A stretch of DNA of 64,000 nucleotides from Lama glama (taxonomy: Eukaryota). The notes beneath the pieces are model-generated. The model was not told where the DNA came from. It saw nothing but the letters and a program-made list of their open reading frames with translations, and did no database searches. The stretch is from assembly GCA_028534125.1 (NCBI GenBank), contig CM052817.1:69504001-69568000 (forward strand). The letters run 5' to 3'. This document shows positions 13,352-27,324 of the stretch, piece by piece. The position numbers and the translations under genes were made by a program. Position 1 is the first letter of the stretch. Every line of letters begins with the position of its first letter.

Positions 13352-16229
13352 ATGGCAATAAAAACATACATATCAATAATTACCTTAAATGTAAATGGAT
13401 TAAATGTTCCAACCAAAAGACATAGACTGGCTGAATGGATACAAAAACAAGATCCAAATATATGCTGTCTACAGAAGACTCACTTCAGAGCTAGAGACAC
13501 ATACAGGCTGAAAGTGAGGGGATAGAAATGATATTTTATGCAAATGGAAACCGAAAGAAAGCTGGAGTAGCAATACTTGTATCAGACAAAATAGATTTTA
13601 AAATAAACACTGTTACAAGAGACAAAGAAGGATACTACATAATGCTCAAGGGATCAATCCAAGAAGAAGATGTAGCAGTTTTAAACATATATCCACCCAA
13701 CATAGAAGCACTTCTATATGTAAGGCAACTGTTAAGAGACATCAAAGGAGAAATCAACAATAACACAATAATAGTGGGAGACCTTAACACCCCACTTATA
13801 TCAATGGACAGATTATCCAGAAAAAAAATCAGTAAGGAAATACAGGCCTTAAATGACACATTAGATCAGATGGACTTTACTGATATTTATAAAGCATTCC
13901 ATCCAAAATCAGGAGAATCCACATTCTTCTCTAGTGCACATGGAACATTCTCCAGAATCAATCACATGCTGGCCCACAAAGCAAGCCTTGGTAAATTTAA
14001 GAAAACTGAAATCATATCAAGCATCTTTTCCAACCACAATGCTATGAGATTAGAAATAAACCACAAGAAAAATCTGCAAAAACTGCAAACACGTGGAGGC
14101 TAAACAAAATGCTACTAAACAACCAATGGATATTAAAGAAATCAAAGATGAAATCAAAAAATACTTAGAGACAAATGAAAACAAAAACACAACGATCCAA
14201 AACCTCTGGGACACAGCAAAAACAAAACAAGGTTAGTAGAAGAAAGGAAATCATAAAGATTAGAGCAGAAGTAAATGAAGTAGAGACTAAAAAAGGCAAT
14301 AGAAAAGATCAATGAAACTAAAAGCTGGTTCTTTGAAAAGATAAATAAAATTGATAAAACTTTAGTTGGATTCATCAAGAAAAAAAGAGAGGGGGCCCAA
14401 ATTAATAAAATCAGAAATGAGAAAGGAGAAGTTACAAACAACACCACAGAAATACAAGGGATCATAAGAGGCTACTATTAGCAACTATTTGCCAACTAAA
14501 AGGATAACCTTCAAGAAATAGACAATTTGTTAAAAAGGTACAATTTGCCAAGACTGAACCAGGAAGAAACAGAAAATATGACTATACCAATTACCAGTAC
14601 TTAAATTGAATCAGTAATTTAAAAACTCCCAACAAACAAAAGTCCAGGACCAGATGGCTTCACAGGTGAATTCTACCAAACATTTGAAGAAGGGTTAACA
14701 CCTATCCTTCTGAACTATTCCAAAAATTGAAGAGGAAAGAACACTTCTAAACTCTTTCTATGAGGCCACCATCACCCTGATAGCAAAACCAGACAAAGAT
14801 ATCACAAAAAAATAAAATTACAGGCTAATATCACTTATGACTATAGATGCAAAAATCTTCAACAAACTACTAGCAATTGACTCCAACAATGCATTAAAAG
14901 GATCATATACCATGATCAAGTGGGATTTATCCCAGGGATACAAGGATTTTCCAACATCCACAAATCAATGTGATATTAACAAATTGAAGAATAAAAGGCA
15001 TATAGTCATCTCAATAAATGCAGGAAAATCTTTTGACAAAATTCAGCATCCATTTATGATAAAAACTCTCCAGAAAGTGGACAGAGATGGAACATACCTC
15101 AACATAATGAAGGCCATATATGACAAACCCAGAGTTAACATCATACTCAGTGGTGAAAATCTGAAAGCATTTCCTCTAAGATCAGGAACAAGATAAGGAT
15201 GCTAACCCTCACCACTTTCATTCAACATAGTTTTGGAAGTCCTTGCCACAGCAATCAAAGAAGAAAAAGAAATAAAAGGAATCCAAATTGGAAAAGAAGA
15301 AGTAAACTGTCACTGTTTGCAGATGACATGATACTATACATAAAAAAATCCTAAAGATGTTACTGGAAAACTACTAGAACTCATCAATGAATTTGGTAAA
15401 GTTGCAGGATATAAAATTAATATACAGAAATCAGTTGCATTTCTACACACTAACAATGAAATAGCAGAAAAAGAAATTAAGGAAACAATCCCATTTACCA
15501 TCACATGAAAAAGAATAAAATCCCTAGGTTAAACCTACCTAAGGAGACAAATCAAAGGACCTGTACACTGAAAACTGTAAGACACTGATGAAAGAAACTG
15601 AAGATTACATGAACAGATGGAAAGATATACTGTGTTCTCAGATTGGAAGAATCAATATTGTTAAATGGGCATACTACCCAAGGCAATATACAGAGTCAAT
15701 GCAATCCCTATCAAATTACCAGTAACATTTTTCACAGAACTGGAACAAAAAAAAAAGTTAAAATTTATATGGAAACATAACAGACCCCGGATAGCCAAAA
15801 CAATCTAAAGAAAGAAGTATGGAGCTGAGGGAATCATAATCACAGGTCTCACACTATACCACAAAGCTACAGTAATCAAAACAGTATGGTACTAGCACAA
15901 AAACAGACACATAGATCAATGAAACAGGATACAAAGTCCAGAAATAAAACCATGCACTTATGGTCAATTAATCTATGACAAAAGAGGCAAGAACATACAA
16001 TCGAGAAAAGACAGTTTCTTCAACAAATGGTGCTGGGAAACTTGGACAGCTCCCTGTAAAATAATGAAATTAGAACATTCTCTAACACTGTATACAAAAA
16101 TAAACTCAAAATGGATTAAATACCTAAATGCAAGACTAGATACTACAAAACTCCTCAAGGAAAACATAAGGAGAACACTCTTTGACATAAATTGCAGCAG
16201 TATTTTTTTTGAACCAGCTCCTAGAGTAA
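13352..16229 (+). pseudogene. L1 ORF2p remnant (APE endonuclease + reverse transcriptase), disrupted and truncated
   Basis: ORF 13528-14103 carries endonuclease motifs (AGVAIL, IIVGDLNTPL, FFSSAHGTFSRINHML). ORF 14837-15196 carries RT text (FDKIQHPFMIKTL, LKAFPLRSGTR). FADDM at 15316. Multiple stops and deletions, e.g. near 14220. Confidence 0.92.
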
Positions 16230-16696
16230 GGAAACCCAGCAGCTGATAGAGCAGACCTCACACCTTGGGAGCAAACCAGCACATGCATGCTCCCCACAAG
16301 TGGAGTCCAGGCTTCCCACAGCCCTTCTGTTAGTCTCAGCAGTCCTCCAGCCAGCCAAGGGGGGGTTGTCTCCCCTGTGTAGCACCCCAGGACTGGGGCA
16401 CTCAATCTGCGGGTTGAACCACTCACTCACCAGAGTTGGTGTCCACCTGTATATTTTCCCTTTGTCTCTGAGTCCCCTCCCAGGGGGCACAGGTCCATAC
16501 CCAATCACTTTTCTTCCCTTCCTACCTGATTATATGTCTACATTTCTTATCGCCTTGGTTGTACAGGAGTCCTTTGCCAGTTTCCAGTTCGTTTTCAGTG
16601 AGAATTGTTCCACATGTAGATGTATTTTTCATGTGTTCATGGTGGGGAGGTGGGGTCCACTATCTTCTCACTCTAGCATCCTATTCCAAATCCTCC
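16230..16696 (-). mobile_element. LINE-1 5'UTR fragment of a second element, inverted
   Basis: Reverse complement starts GGAGGATTTGGAATAGGATGCTAGAG...CACCTCCCCACCATGAACACATGAAAAATACATCTACATGTGGAACAATTCTCACTGAA, which I recognise as a cetartiodactyl-type L1 5' end; it differs from the 5' end at 11100. Confidence 0.75.
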
Positions 16697-18384
16697 TAAA
16701 TGACTTCTGAGGCAATTTCTAGATGAGTGTTTGTCCCTCGGGGAATGATTAATTAGCAGCTACATCTTGGCAATGAGGTGCTTTGAAATGCTGAGGGTAC
16801 AAACTCTAAATACCAAAAAATGTTTAATTATTTAGCAATAATATATGTTGTGAGGGAATTCATATCATATATTGGTACAGGTTTATTGTGTATTTTAAGA
16901 GAAATAAATCTTAAAATATTTTTGTATTATACAATAGGGTATTTTATTTATAACCTGACAACCTAGTATAAAAATTCCAGTCTTTGGATCTTTGGGTCAC
17001 TTTCACAATATATTCTTCAAAGCTGAGGGATTTGAAGCCATAAAAATTATATTTGCATTTCTATATAACAAACTTTGCTTCCCTAGTGGTATTTCACCAG
17101 CCACTACAGAATTCATAAAATGATATGGCCCTCAAGTTTTAAAATTATATGCAGAAAAAGCATTATGTTTATATTATCCCTGTAGACTGCTTGCTTCTGA
17201 AATGATTCAACTTGTTTTGTTTGCCAGTATTGAAAAGGGTGGGAAATTGATCCATTTAATGAACATTTTTGAAAATATTAACATACAACAAATGAAAAAG
17301 AACAGATTTTAAAAGTTTAGGACTTAGAAGAAACAAAGCCAGCTTTGGGGGGCAGGGGAGGGGAGTGGGAAATGAGTCTACTGAAAAAATGAACAGTGTT
17401 TTTTCAAGCATTAATGTTTTCAGTCTAAGTGAGCAACAGAGGCCACTTTGGAAAATATCTGTCAAATATTTGACACTGACTTTAAAAACAGAGAAAATAG
17501 GTTCCTGTAAAAGGGAATATAAATAGAGTGACCAACCATAGTAATAATAATTATCATTGCCACCTATAAGCCTAATATGCAAGGTACCATGTGCATACAA
17601 AAACATTTTGCAGTAAGTCACCTTCAGAAAGCACAGTTAAGTGGCCTGGTGGGATAGAGAAAAGATCTCTGATCTCAACACATCTGAGTTCTCCTGGGTA
17701 TATCATTAATTAACAGAAAGACTGGGGCCTCCATTTCCCAACTGCAAAATAAAGGAGGCAGCACTAGGTGACTCCTATAGTGCTTTATAACTCACTCTAT
17801 AATATCATGAGGAAATACACATTGACAAAGTAATTATAAGGAGGATAAAATAGTGATACATCAATTACCACAGGTTGGAGAACTTTTTAGTTGAAAGCTG
17901 GTAAACTCTCCAGCAATAAAATAGCCCCACATTATGCCTCCATCCATAATAATTTGAGTCCTTGTTTATTTCTAGCCATTACTATTTTGTCACCAGAAAA
18001 TTTGTTCCCTATCACCAGAATATCCAAAAATGTGCTGTAACACATTTGAGATGTAACGAAGAAGCTTCCCACATCTGCAGGAAGGTGCTGACACTTTCCA
18101 CATACACACACTCTCTCTCAACAATCCTGCACAAAAAGTGTTATCACTTCAGCAATGCAGATGAAGAAGCTAAAGCTCAGAAATTCTCTCTGCTCATGAA
18201 CTGAGATTTAAGACCAGCTTTAAAGCTGGTACACTTCCCCCTCTATCATCATTTAGTTTCATCACAAAAACTAGGAAAATATTGATTAATGGAAAAGACA
18301 GTTTATGCCACATGTATGTAAATAACTGCATCTTCAAAACCATTTAAGAAAATCTCATTTCATAGGTAAACAAAAAGTTTCTAC

Positions 18385-18452
18385 TTATTCCCTGTATAGT
18401 ACAGGGAACTATATTCAAGATCTTGTAATAAACTATAACGGTAAAGAAAAAA
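18385..18452 (+). mobile_element. short L1 3'UTR fragment
   Basis: CTGTATAGTACAGGGAACTATATTCAAGATCTTGTAATAAACTATAA matches the L1 3'UTR text at ~27400 and ~51520. Confidence 0.7.
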
Positions 18453-21400
18453 CTCAGTCTATTGCCTTTAGTTGACAGACATTGTTCAGGTTAGAACATA
18501 CAGATGTGCTCTGATCTTTGTCAGGGCTGCATAGTATTTCTTATGAAATGTAACATATTTTAGCTAACCATTCTTTATTGATAGTCATTGAGGTTGTCTC
18601 TTACTTCTCATTATTAAAAATAGTACTGCAATGAAGAAAGGGAAAAGAAAATACAATTTCAAAAATTTTCAATTCATAGTCATTTGTTCATCTACTACTG
18701 CTTCCCCCTAAAAATGAAATTATTTGTTTATCTCTGTTCCATTGGACTGAAAGATCATCAAGGACATGAGTTGTGTATGATTCATAGACATATTTACAAC
18801 CTAGCACTCTGCCTGCCAAATAGTACTGTTTGATAAATGTAGGCCTAATTAAAAGCACTTAAGATAAAGTTATGGGATAAAACAGTAACATTGAGAAGAT
18901 TCTAGTCATGATATCAGTTTGTTTCACAAATTTTCCTTTTATTACTTTTTTTTAGATTTGTGAATTAGGGAAAAGAACCTTTCTTAACTTTAAGTGATAA
19001 ACCATATTGAGTGGGCCACCAGCATTCATAGTTTGAGAACAAATGGTCAAAGAAAGAAATAGAATCTAAGCTGACACCCTCCCTCAAGGTCTAGTGAGTC
19101 CTGCCTCTGGGGAAATGAGTTAAGGCTTACTGATCTCTACTTTTTGCTGCTGTTTGTTTGTTTTGTTTTACACATCATGGTGTGAGCAACTCAAACAGAT
19201 CTCAAAATGTTGCTTTTCACATTTCTCCTTCCCCATTCTCATCCCCACCCCCAACCCAAGATAGGAGGAAATTAGCTCTTTGGCTGACTATCCAATCTCA
19301 TGTCCACTGAGACACATTAGCAATTGTCAATGGGGCAAAGGTAGTGAATCTGGCTGATGACAGCTGGGCTGAGTAGTTAGTTGACCTACCTGCTGATGAG
19401 CTCATCCCCAAAGCCATTCATGACCCTAGCAGATGTTCAGACTTCACAAAACCAATCAGGATCCCATGGAAATCAATTAAGGAATGTGGCACATACACAG
19501 CTACAACACAGAGAACAAGGAGAAAGATATCCAGAGGACCTGCTACTGTACTACTTTCTTACACCTGAAATCATACTACTGTAGCTGCAAATGACTTTGC
19601 AGTGGAGATACAGTGCACAGCTGTATGAGATGTCTGCTAGAAGAAGAATGAACAAAGAGAGGAAGATTTATACTGAGATCAAAATTTGCCTGCTTACATG
19701 AAGGGAAAATTTCACTATAGCAAACAAGTCATACTGATTCTGCAAGAGCTAAATGGACAGTTTCAAAGAACAGCACCCCTTCTTTATCTATCAGGAAAGC
19801 ATTATCTAGGAATCTAGTTGTCAAAACAATTGTTAAAACTTCACTGGAAGAATTCTTTCTTTCTCCAGAGATAAATTGATATCTCACACATTCTGGTGCA
19901 CAGACACTGAATGTTTCAAAGAAACTAAGGTACAGTTTTCAGCCTTTGGTGGCACTGGATTGGAGTCTGTAAACACTTGCCAAGATGAAGTGACATATTT
20001 CAATCACCTAATAATAATTTAGTATTATTGTTGAATTTGAATGTATGTGCATATACAAATATATATGCATACACAGATACATATTCATTATAAATTATGT
20101 CTGGAGATCAAAAAATAAAAAGCTCTGTGTTCAAATCCTAATTTTGCCCTCACTCTAGTTTATGATTTTCTACATATTTTGCTCTAGCTCAACGAAAAAG
20201 AAAGTCATATATTCCTAGGTTTTATTTTTATCTTCTAAGAATATTTTTCAAATGCACATTATCAGGATTTTCAAATCAAAGAATAATTGTTACACAATTG
20301 TAAGGTGTCTTAGACTGTACAACTGTAAAAATTTTAATAATTTCAGCTAAATATTTCAGTTCTGATAGATACCATAAATGAGATATAGATCAACTACATA
20401 TATCCAGCTAGACATGTGTTTAATAACAAAAGAAACTCTTCTCCTACAAAAATGTTTAGGTAGTCTCTTGATTTGGGGTTAAAGTTCCAATGATTTCCAA
20501 ACTTGGTTTTTGCCATATCTCAGTGAGTTTCCAGATTTTTATTTTTTTTCCAGATTTTTAAACTGTGTTATAATTTTTTCAAATAAAACATGAAATTAAA
20601 TTTGGAAAACCACCCATACCTTTTAGTGTTAAAATAGAATGTGTACATTATAGATTTTAGTGGGGTAATTTTATAAAATTAGACAATTTCTGAAGGTTTA
20701 GAAATACTGGAATAGAGACTAAGAGCATGAACACTTTAAGTCTTCACAACTAAAACAGTAATGCAAAAAAAAAAAAATCCATCAATGGGATTGCTGCCTA
20801 GGCCAAACAAAAGCTTATTTTAGGTATAAAATATTTTCAATTTTGATTATTACTCCTAATCCATTCTCCATTTTTCTTTAAGTAGAGCAATTTCCTTTTA
20901 AGTGGAAGTAGTTGCATCTTCACATCTATTTGAAAATGCAATTAGATGGAAATATAATACACTACAGCTGGAAAATGAACAATCCATTTTTCCTCTTCCT
21001 AGACAAGGTCACGCTGCTGAGCACACTCAAGTTAAGCGTGATACAGAAGTTAAGCCATAAATTCAATGAGATGGGAGAGTCTGGCACCCAAGCCACAGCA
21101 AGGCCCAGTGTCAAAAGGGCCCACACTCAATTCTGTCAGTCTCATTTAAAAACCCTCAGTTCTCATTAACAAACAACCCCTCTCTAAGAAAAAAAAAAAG
21201 TATAGCACTTTACGGACCAGATAAACAAAAGACATTGTCATTTTTAAACCAAAACATATTTAGGGAAAAAAAATGTAAGTGAAACTAATTTACTACATAT
21301 GTTTTATACATACAGTACATAAGGAGGTTTCTCCGACGCCATATGGAAAGCATCTGAACTTGTAAGACAATGACCTTCATAAATCACTCTAGGCTCCAAC

Positions 21401-22836
21401 TCCAAATTATGTCTTGTTCCCTCACTCCTGGGATAGTCACTATATCTCATATAAATTCATTATGTTATATGTGCACAATAATCTATCTCTACCTTTATAA
21501 GGAATGATGTCATAACACACAGGCATGGTCTTTTACAAAAAGGAACAAGTTCTCCCACCAGATGGTCCAACCTATAATACTGCTTCTCCAAATACAGTAT
21601 GTTTCACAATGCAGAGTATCCACGTTGCTCAAAGGAAAAACGAATTAATGGAGAAAGAAATGAACAATCTAAGAACAAAATTTGTCTGAGCTTTCCTATT
21701 TTCTTCTTCTTCCAAGGTAAATGTAAAATAAAATAGTTTTATATCTTTTCATATACTTTCCTTTTACACATTGCCTATTTATAACCATTAAAAGGGAATC
21801 TATATTCTATGTGGTAATTTTTATGTGTAGCAAATAACTGGCGATGATACTAGAAGATTTTTCTCTAAACAAATGTCTTGCTGACAAAGTTATAAATTAA
21901 GGGAACAGCAAGTTTTTGTGTCTGGTTGATGGAAGAGAAGAAGAGACTGTCCAGATTTTTAAACTGTCCAGTCTCTTTTTCCATAGATAGTTGCCCTTTT
22001 GATCCAATTTTTCTTCTATTTTCTGTAGTTGAAGAATGCAGGTTTATCTGTCCCTCTGTTCACTTCCAGTCACTTGGGGACATGAGCACTGAGTTAAGAT
22101 GAATACAGCTGCTTGGTTCTTCTTAGGAATTAAGGTTCTTAAATCCACAATCTGAAATGAAAACTATAAAAACCATGTGTAAACCTATAAAAGGACTATA
22201 TTTCGGTCCTCTGAAACAGTCTCACTCTCCCTATTTCTAGCTCCCTCTCTCACTCTAGACCAGGGATCAAGCATGTAACAAAAAGGAATGAAGAGGCCAG
22301 GTCTAAGAACACAATAAATACCTGCTGAATGAATTAACTGAACATTAATGAACAGAATGTGGAGTTATTATGAGAAGGACAACCCGAAGAAATTACGTCC
22401 CATCTGAAGTGGGCATCCCTAAAACACTGCTGTGTGTCAGGATTGCTCTGGTAGTGAAAAGAACACTATGTATGCCAAACATGTGCAGGCTGAAAAATTA
22501 TGCCTATGAAAGTATGCTCTGAGTTAGAAAGCTAAACTTGTTGAAGGAAGAAAGTATAGGATCTCATCTAACTCTAATCACTAAATAATGTTAGGTGTCA
22601 TTATAAATATCTGAAGAGATCAATAAAGAATGATGAAGCAGTGGACTATAATAACATCAAAATATGAGTAATTTCTACCTTTAATTTTGCATAAGACTAT
22701 CAGGAATAAGATATTTGACAGTAAAATTGATAGATGAACTTATCATCTATTATTTTTAAATATTATGGTTAAAAAATTAAGGCCATAAGAACCCCTAATT
22801 ACAGAAAGAATCCTGAAAATCCTCCAATCTTATAAT

Positions 22837-22839
<3 letters not shown>

Positions 22840-22871
<32 letters not shown>
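22840..22871. repeat. (CA)n microsatellite
   Basis: Pure AC run seen directly. Confidence 0.97.
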
Positions 22872-22876
<5 letters not shown>

Positions 22877-23294
22877 GGATACTAAATGTAAGGAAATGCC
22901 ATAAAATCTGATTTTTTTATTATTATAATTTTGATGCTTCCCTTGAAAAGTCAAATTTCTAAAAATTAAATGTTTTGTTCAATTACTTGCTGAAAAAGCA
23001 GCACTTTTAGGAAGAAAAAAGTTTGCACACATATGTTATACTAAATATTATATTATAAAGATTCTGGCTCTACTATGAAGAATTTAAAATATTATAATTA
23101 TACTGTATAATAAAATATCATTTATTTATGAATAATTTTATTTTAATAACTAGGTATACATTTATAAGATCAGGCCATTCAATGCATATAACTATACATA
23201 TGTTTTCACAAATGATCTCATAATTTACTTCCACAGATTGCTGCCACTTTTAATCATTTGATAAAACCACTGAATCTTTCTCCATTTATAGTCA

Positions 23295-26030
23295 TTAGGG
23301 AGTAACAAGGTCCAGAATTACACCTTCATTATAAATAGCTAGAAAGCTAGACAATATGGTGAAACAACTATTCTCAAACACGAACAACAATGCAGGAGAA
23401 ACTAAAATGTCTACAATATACGGGAAGCCTACAGAAGGGATATCAAAACAATGTTCTAGAAATCTCCATAAGGGTTCCCTAAGACTTTGGCTAAATACTA
23501 AGCTTTCATGACTAGAATAAAATATCATGTGAGTCTGTAAGCTAAACAATTCTCAGAGCACACAGGACTGATAGTTATCATGAAGAGTTCCACAATTCTG
23601 AGTGAAGAAACCATATTCCATTCGTGGGAATTGAGTAGAAACCTCCAGAAGGTTATACCTCAGTAGAGGGACTTTACTAGTCCTAAAATAAATGTTACTC
23701 CGTACTGTCCACTGTCCCTAAAGATTTTAAAAACAGTCCTTGAAAGGATCAACCAAATCCACAGGTATCCTAACTGCCTGCTAGAACAAAGGCCAACAAT
23801 ATTTAAAGATCACAACAAAATTAAGCAGTCGATAATGAGAACTTCACAATGTCTGGCATCTAAAAAGAAATTTCTAGACATGTCAAAAAATTCTAGATAT
23901 ATGAAGCAAAAGTCAATTAAGAGAAACAGAAACAGACATAACAGAGATGACAGAATTAGCAAATAACAGAGTTAAAATGGCTACTTTCAATATGCTCAAA
24001 GATTTAAAATAAATTATGAATACAACAAGCAAATAGAACACATGAATATATAAATTCTATATATGAAAAATATACAGTATCTAAAATTTAAATAGACACA
24101 GTTCAACAAAAGATGAATTAACTTTAAGACAAAACAGTATAAATTATCCAAATGAAACCCAGAGAGGAAAAAAGACTAAAAAAAAAGGAAAAGAGCAATA
24201 TGATGGACAATATCCAGCATTCTAACCTACATGTAATTGGAAACACAACTATACAGAAAAGTATGAGAGGCACAAAGCAAAGCATTGAAGAACTAATAGC
24301 TAAAAGTTTTTTTCCAATTTAATGAAAACTTCAAATGTACAGTTTCTAGAAGTCAATGACTTGTAAACAGGATAAATACAAAGAAAACTATACTAAGGCA
24401 CATAATCAAATTGTTGAAAACCAGTGATAAAGAGACAATCTTAAAAGCAGAAGAGGGGGGAAAAGTACACTACATACAGAGAATCAAAAATTAAAATAAT
24501 TACAGAATAGTTGTAAACTATGCAAGCTAGAAGACAGTAGAATGTCATCTTTAAAATGTGGGACTAGGGTAAAGGGGTGGAATCAACCTGGAATGATATA
24601 CTCAGCAAACAAATTTGAGAGAATTTTCTTATAGTAAACTATCACTGCAAGTAACTGGAAGTTCTTCAGGAAGAAGGAAAATTGTACCAGATGGAAACTT
24701 GAATCTATGCAAATGAATGAAGGGTGACAGAAATGATAAATACGTGGTTAAGTGTAAAAAGACATTTTTCTTATTTTTTAAAATTTCTTTAAAAGTTAAA
24801 TGATTGTTAAGTGAAAAAATGCATTGTGTTCTTTACAATATATATAGAAGTAAAATGATTAGAACAGTAGCACAAAGGATGGGAAGGGAAATAAAATGCA
24901 GGCATACCTCGGAGATATTGCAGGTTCAATTCCAGACCACTGCAATGAAGTAAACATTGCAATAAAGCAAATTACATTAATTTTTTGTTTCCCAGTGTAA
25001 CAAAAAATAAATAAAAGTTATGTTTGCAATATACTGTGGTCTATTTAAGTGTGCAATAACATTATGTCTAATAAAATGACGTACCTTAATTTAAAAATGC
25101 TTTATTGCTAAAAAGTGATAATGATCATCTGAGCCTTCAGTGAGTCATAACATTTTCGCAACAGTAACATCAAAGATCACTAGTCACAGATCACCATAAC
25201 AAATATAATAATAATGAAGAAGTTTGAAGCATTGTGAGAATTACCAAAATATGACACAGAGACATAAAGTGAGCAAATGCTGTTGGAAAAATGATGCCTA
25301 TAGACTTGCTTGAAGCAGGATTGCCACAAACCTTCATTTTGTAAGAAAACACATTATCTACAAGGTATAATCAAGCAACGCGAAACAAAATGAAGTATGC
25401 CAATATAAAATTAAAAGCTTCCTGCATCATATGAAATTGATTTAGTATTTCTGAAGGTAAATTGTGATAAGCTAAAGACACATATTATAAACCCTAAAGA
25501 AACTGCCAAAAACTAGAGATACATTTAATATGAAAATAATGGAAATAAACTAAATTAATGGAATACTAAAAATACAGAATAATCAAAAATCAGAAAAAGG
25601 GGGAAAGTAATAAAGAATGTATGGAGATGCGATATATAGAAAACAAATAACAAGGTGGGTTATTTAAGCCAAATTATATTAACAATCACATTAAATGTAA
25701 ATAATATAAACCCTACAATTATAAGGAAAAGATTGTCAGACTGGATAAAAAAGCAAGACTTGTCTGAGTGCTATCTCCAAGAAACCCACTTTAAATATAA
25801 AATACTTCCAGTTGAAAATAAAAAAGAATGGAAAAGGACATGAAGTACAAATGGTACTCATAAGAAAACTAGAGTTGCTATATAAATATCAGACAAAATA
25901 GACTTCACAACAAGGAATATTACCAAGGATCAAGAGGAGCATTTCATAATGATAAAGGAGTCGATCCATCTAGAAGATACAACACTTGATAAAACAAGTA
26001 GATAGAAAACCAGTAAGGATAAATATAACA
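23295..26030 (+). mobile_element. old L1M-type LINE-1 (5' region, ORF1 remnant, start of ORF2), interrupted by a Tigger1 derivative
   Basis: ORF 25655-25843 (ITLNVNNINPTIIRKRLSDWIKKQDLSECYLQETHFK) is an L1 endonuclease N-terminus. ORF1-like text at 24200-24680 (AGGCACATAATCAAATTGTTGAAAACCAGTGATAAAGAG). Left boundary uncertain. Confidence 0.75.
24899..25403 (-). mobile_element. internally deleted Tigger1 derivative (~500 bp, Tigger1a-like non-autonomous element)
   Basis: Left end CAGGCATACCTCGGAGATATTGCAGGTTCAATTCCAGACCAC; right end ...GAAGTATGCCAA (decayed TIR). Both arms match the two ends of the element at 44229-46497, with the middle absent. Confidence 0.9.
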
Positions 26031-27324
26031 GCTACCTTCATTTGCAACTTTCTGACTTGTCATTTATTCTATCCTCTTCTGCCATTTCCCTTCACCAATT
26101 ATCTCCTCACTGTCCTGTTTCTTCCACTGCTAGCTTACCCCTTTTCTTTCCCTTTAGTCAAAAACAAGTTCAGGACTTTTCCATCCTAAAATAAACTGTT
26201 TTTCTTTGCCCCTACTTTCTTGTCTATCTGAGGCCCTTTATCTACCTTCACCCTCATAATCAAGTTTTCTTAAAGTGTAGTCTGGTGGAGGTCCCCTAGG
26301 ACCCTGGGTCATCTTCTACTATTCAGACAAAAGCAGGCCATTCCATGAGACATTCAGCAGTTGCCACAGCAGTGAGTGTTCTTGCAGCATCAGCCACTGA
26401 GATTTAATTTAAATTTAATACATTTAGGTTTAATTTAAAATTAAAATGAATACTTAAATAATCATAACAATTAAAATATTGGTTACAATTTTAGGTCTAG
26501 AAGCTTTACTAATTTATTGCTATTTGGGGGATCATTTAAGGAGAACTTCTTACGGGAAATGAACCAGAAAAAAGAAATTTAACCCCAGGTCTAGAAGGAT
26601 GTCTCCAAGATTTCATCCAGCTGAACGCTCCACTTTTGAACCTTCACCAGTATGAAGACCAGTGAGATTTCCATGCTTACACCCCAACTAATTTTCACAG
26701 AGTACACCTTCATATTTCAGTAATGAACTCTCAATTGTTGAAAACCAGTGACTGGTTTTCAGCCTTCATGTTACTTGACCCCTCTCATAATTTGGACACC
26801 ATCCAGTTCTAAAAATACATATCTCCATTAGCCAGGTAGATTTATCACAAAGATAATGAAGTCTAAACTTCAAGGCCCTTCCCATATAGAGGATCAATAT
26901 GCTGGGAGGGCCTTGGTAATGTGTTCATATGATCATATTTCTTCCTACTTGAAAAAGTTAGTTATCTGATATCAATTAATACTACTGTCTCTCTTGTCTC
27001 TATCTACTCTGACTCCCCCCTCTTTTCCAGGCTTTAACACAGTTATCCAGTTATATCACCCACTGTCACCCTGTGTGTTCACTATACTCCGTCCAAATCC
27101 ATCCCCTATCTTTTCTAGACCACATCTTTGCTCATGTTCTTAATGTTCTTAATCCAGCCTGAAATGGCCTTGTTCAATCACATCAGTACTCATTTTTATT
27201 AATTTCCTGCTGATTTGACATGAAAAATTAATTACAATGAAAATAACCATAAATAATGTCACTAAACTGAGGAAAACATTGACAACCAATAGGTTAATAT
27301 GCTAATCCAGGTAGTTTAAAGATT

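Larger units (their letters stand above)
11090..16229 (+). mobile_element. LINE-1 with 5'UTR, ORF1 and most of ORF2; 3' end missing; non-functional
   Basis: 5' motif GAGATGGTGGAGTAG (decayed AAGATGGCGG) at ~11101; GC-richer 5'UTR; ORF1 remnants (IGNLPEKEFRVMIVKMIREL); ORF2 start MAIKTYISIITLNVNGL at 13352; RT motif FADDM at 15316; ends abruptly at ~16229 with no 3'UTR or poly(A). Confidence 0.96.

Noticed and set aside
13528..14103. 191-aa ORF, the longest in the window
   Set aside because: A fragment of the L1 ORF2 endonuclease bounded by frameshifts and stops; not a gene.
21555..21568. CCACCAGATGGTCC, CTCF-like
   Set aside because: Mismatch in the 3' part of the core and no other evidence.
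21931..21982. Imperfect inverted repeat AAGAGACTG...CAGTCTCTT
   Set aside because: Short, low-complexity stem; no support for a miRNA or other structured RNA.
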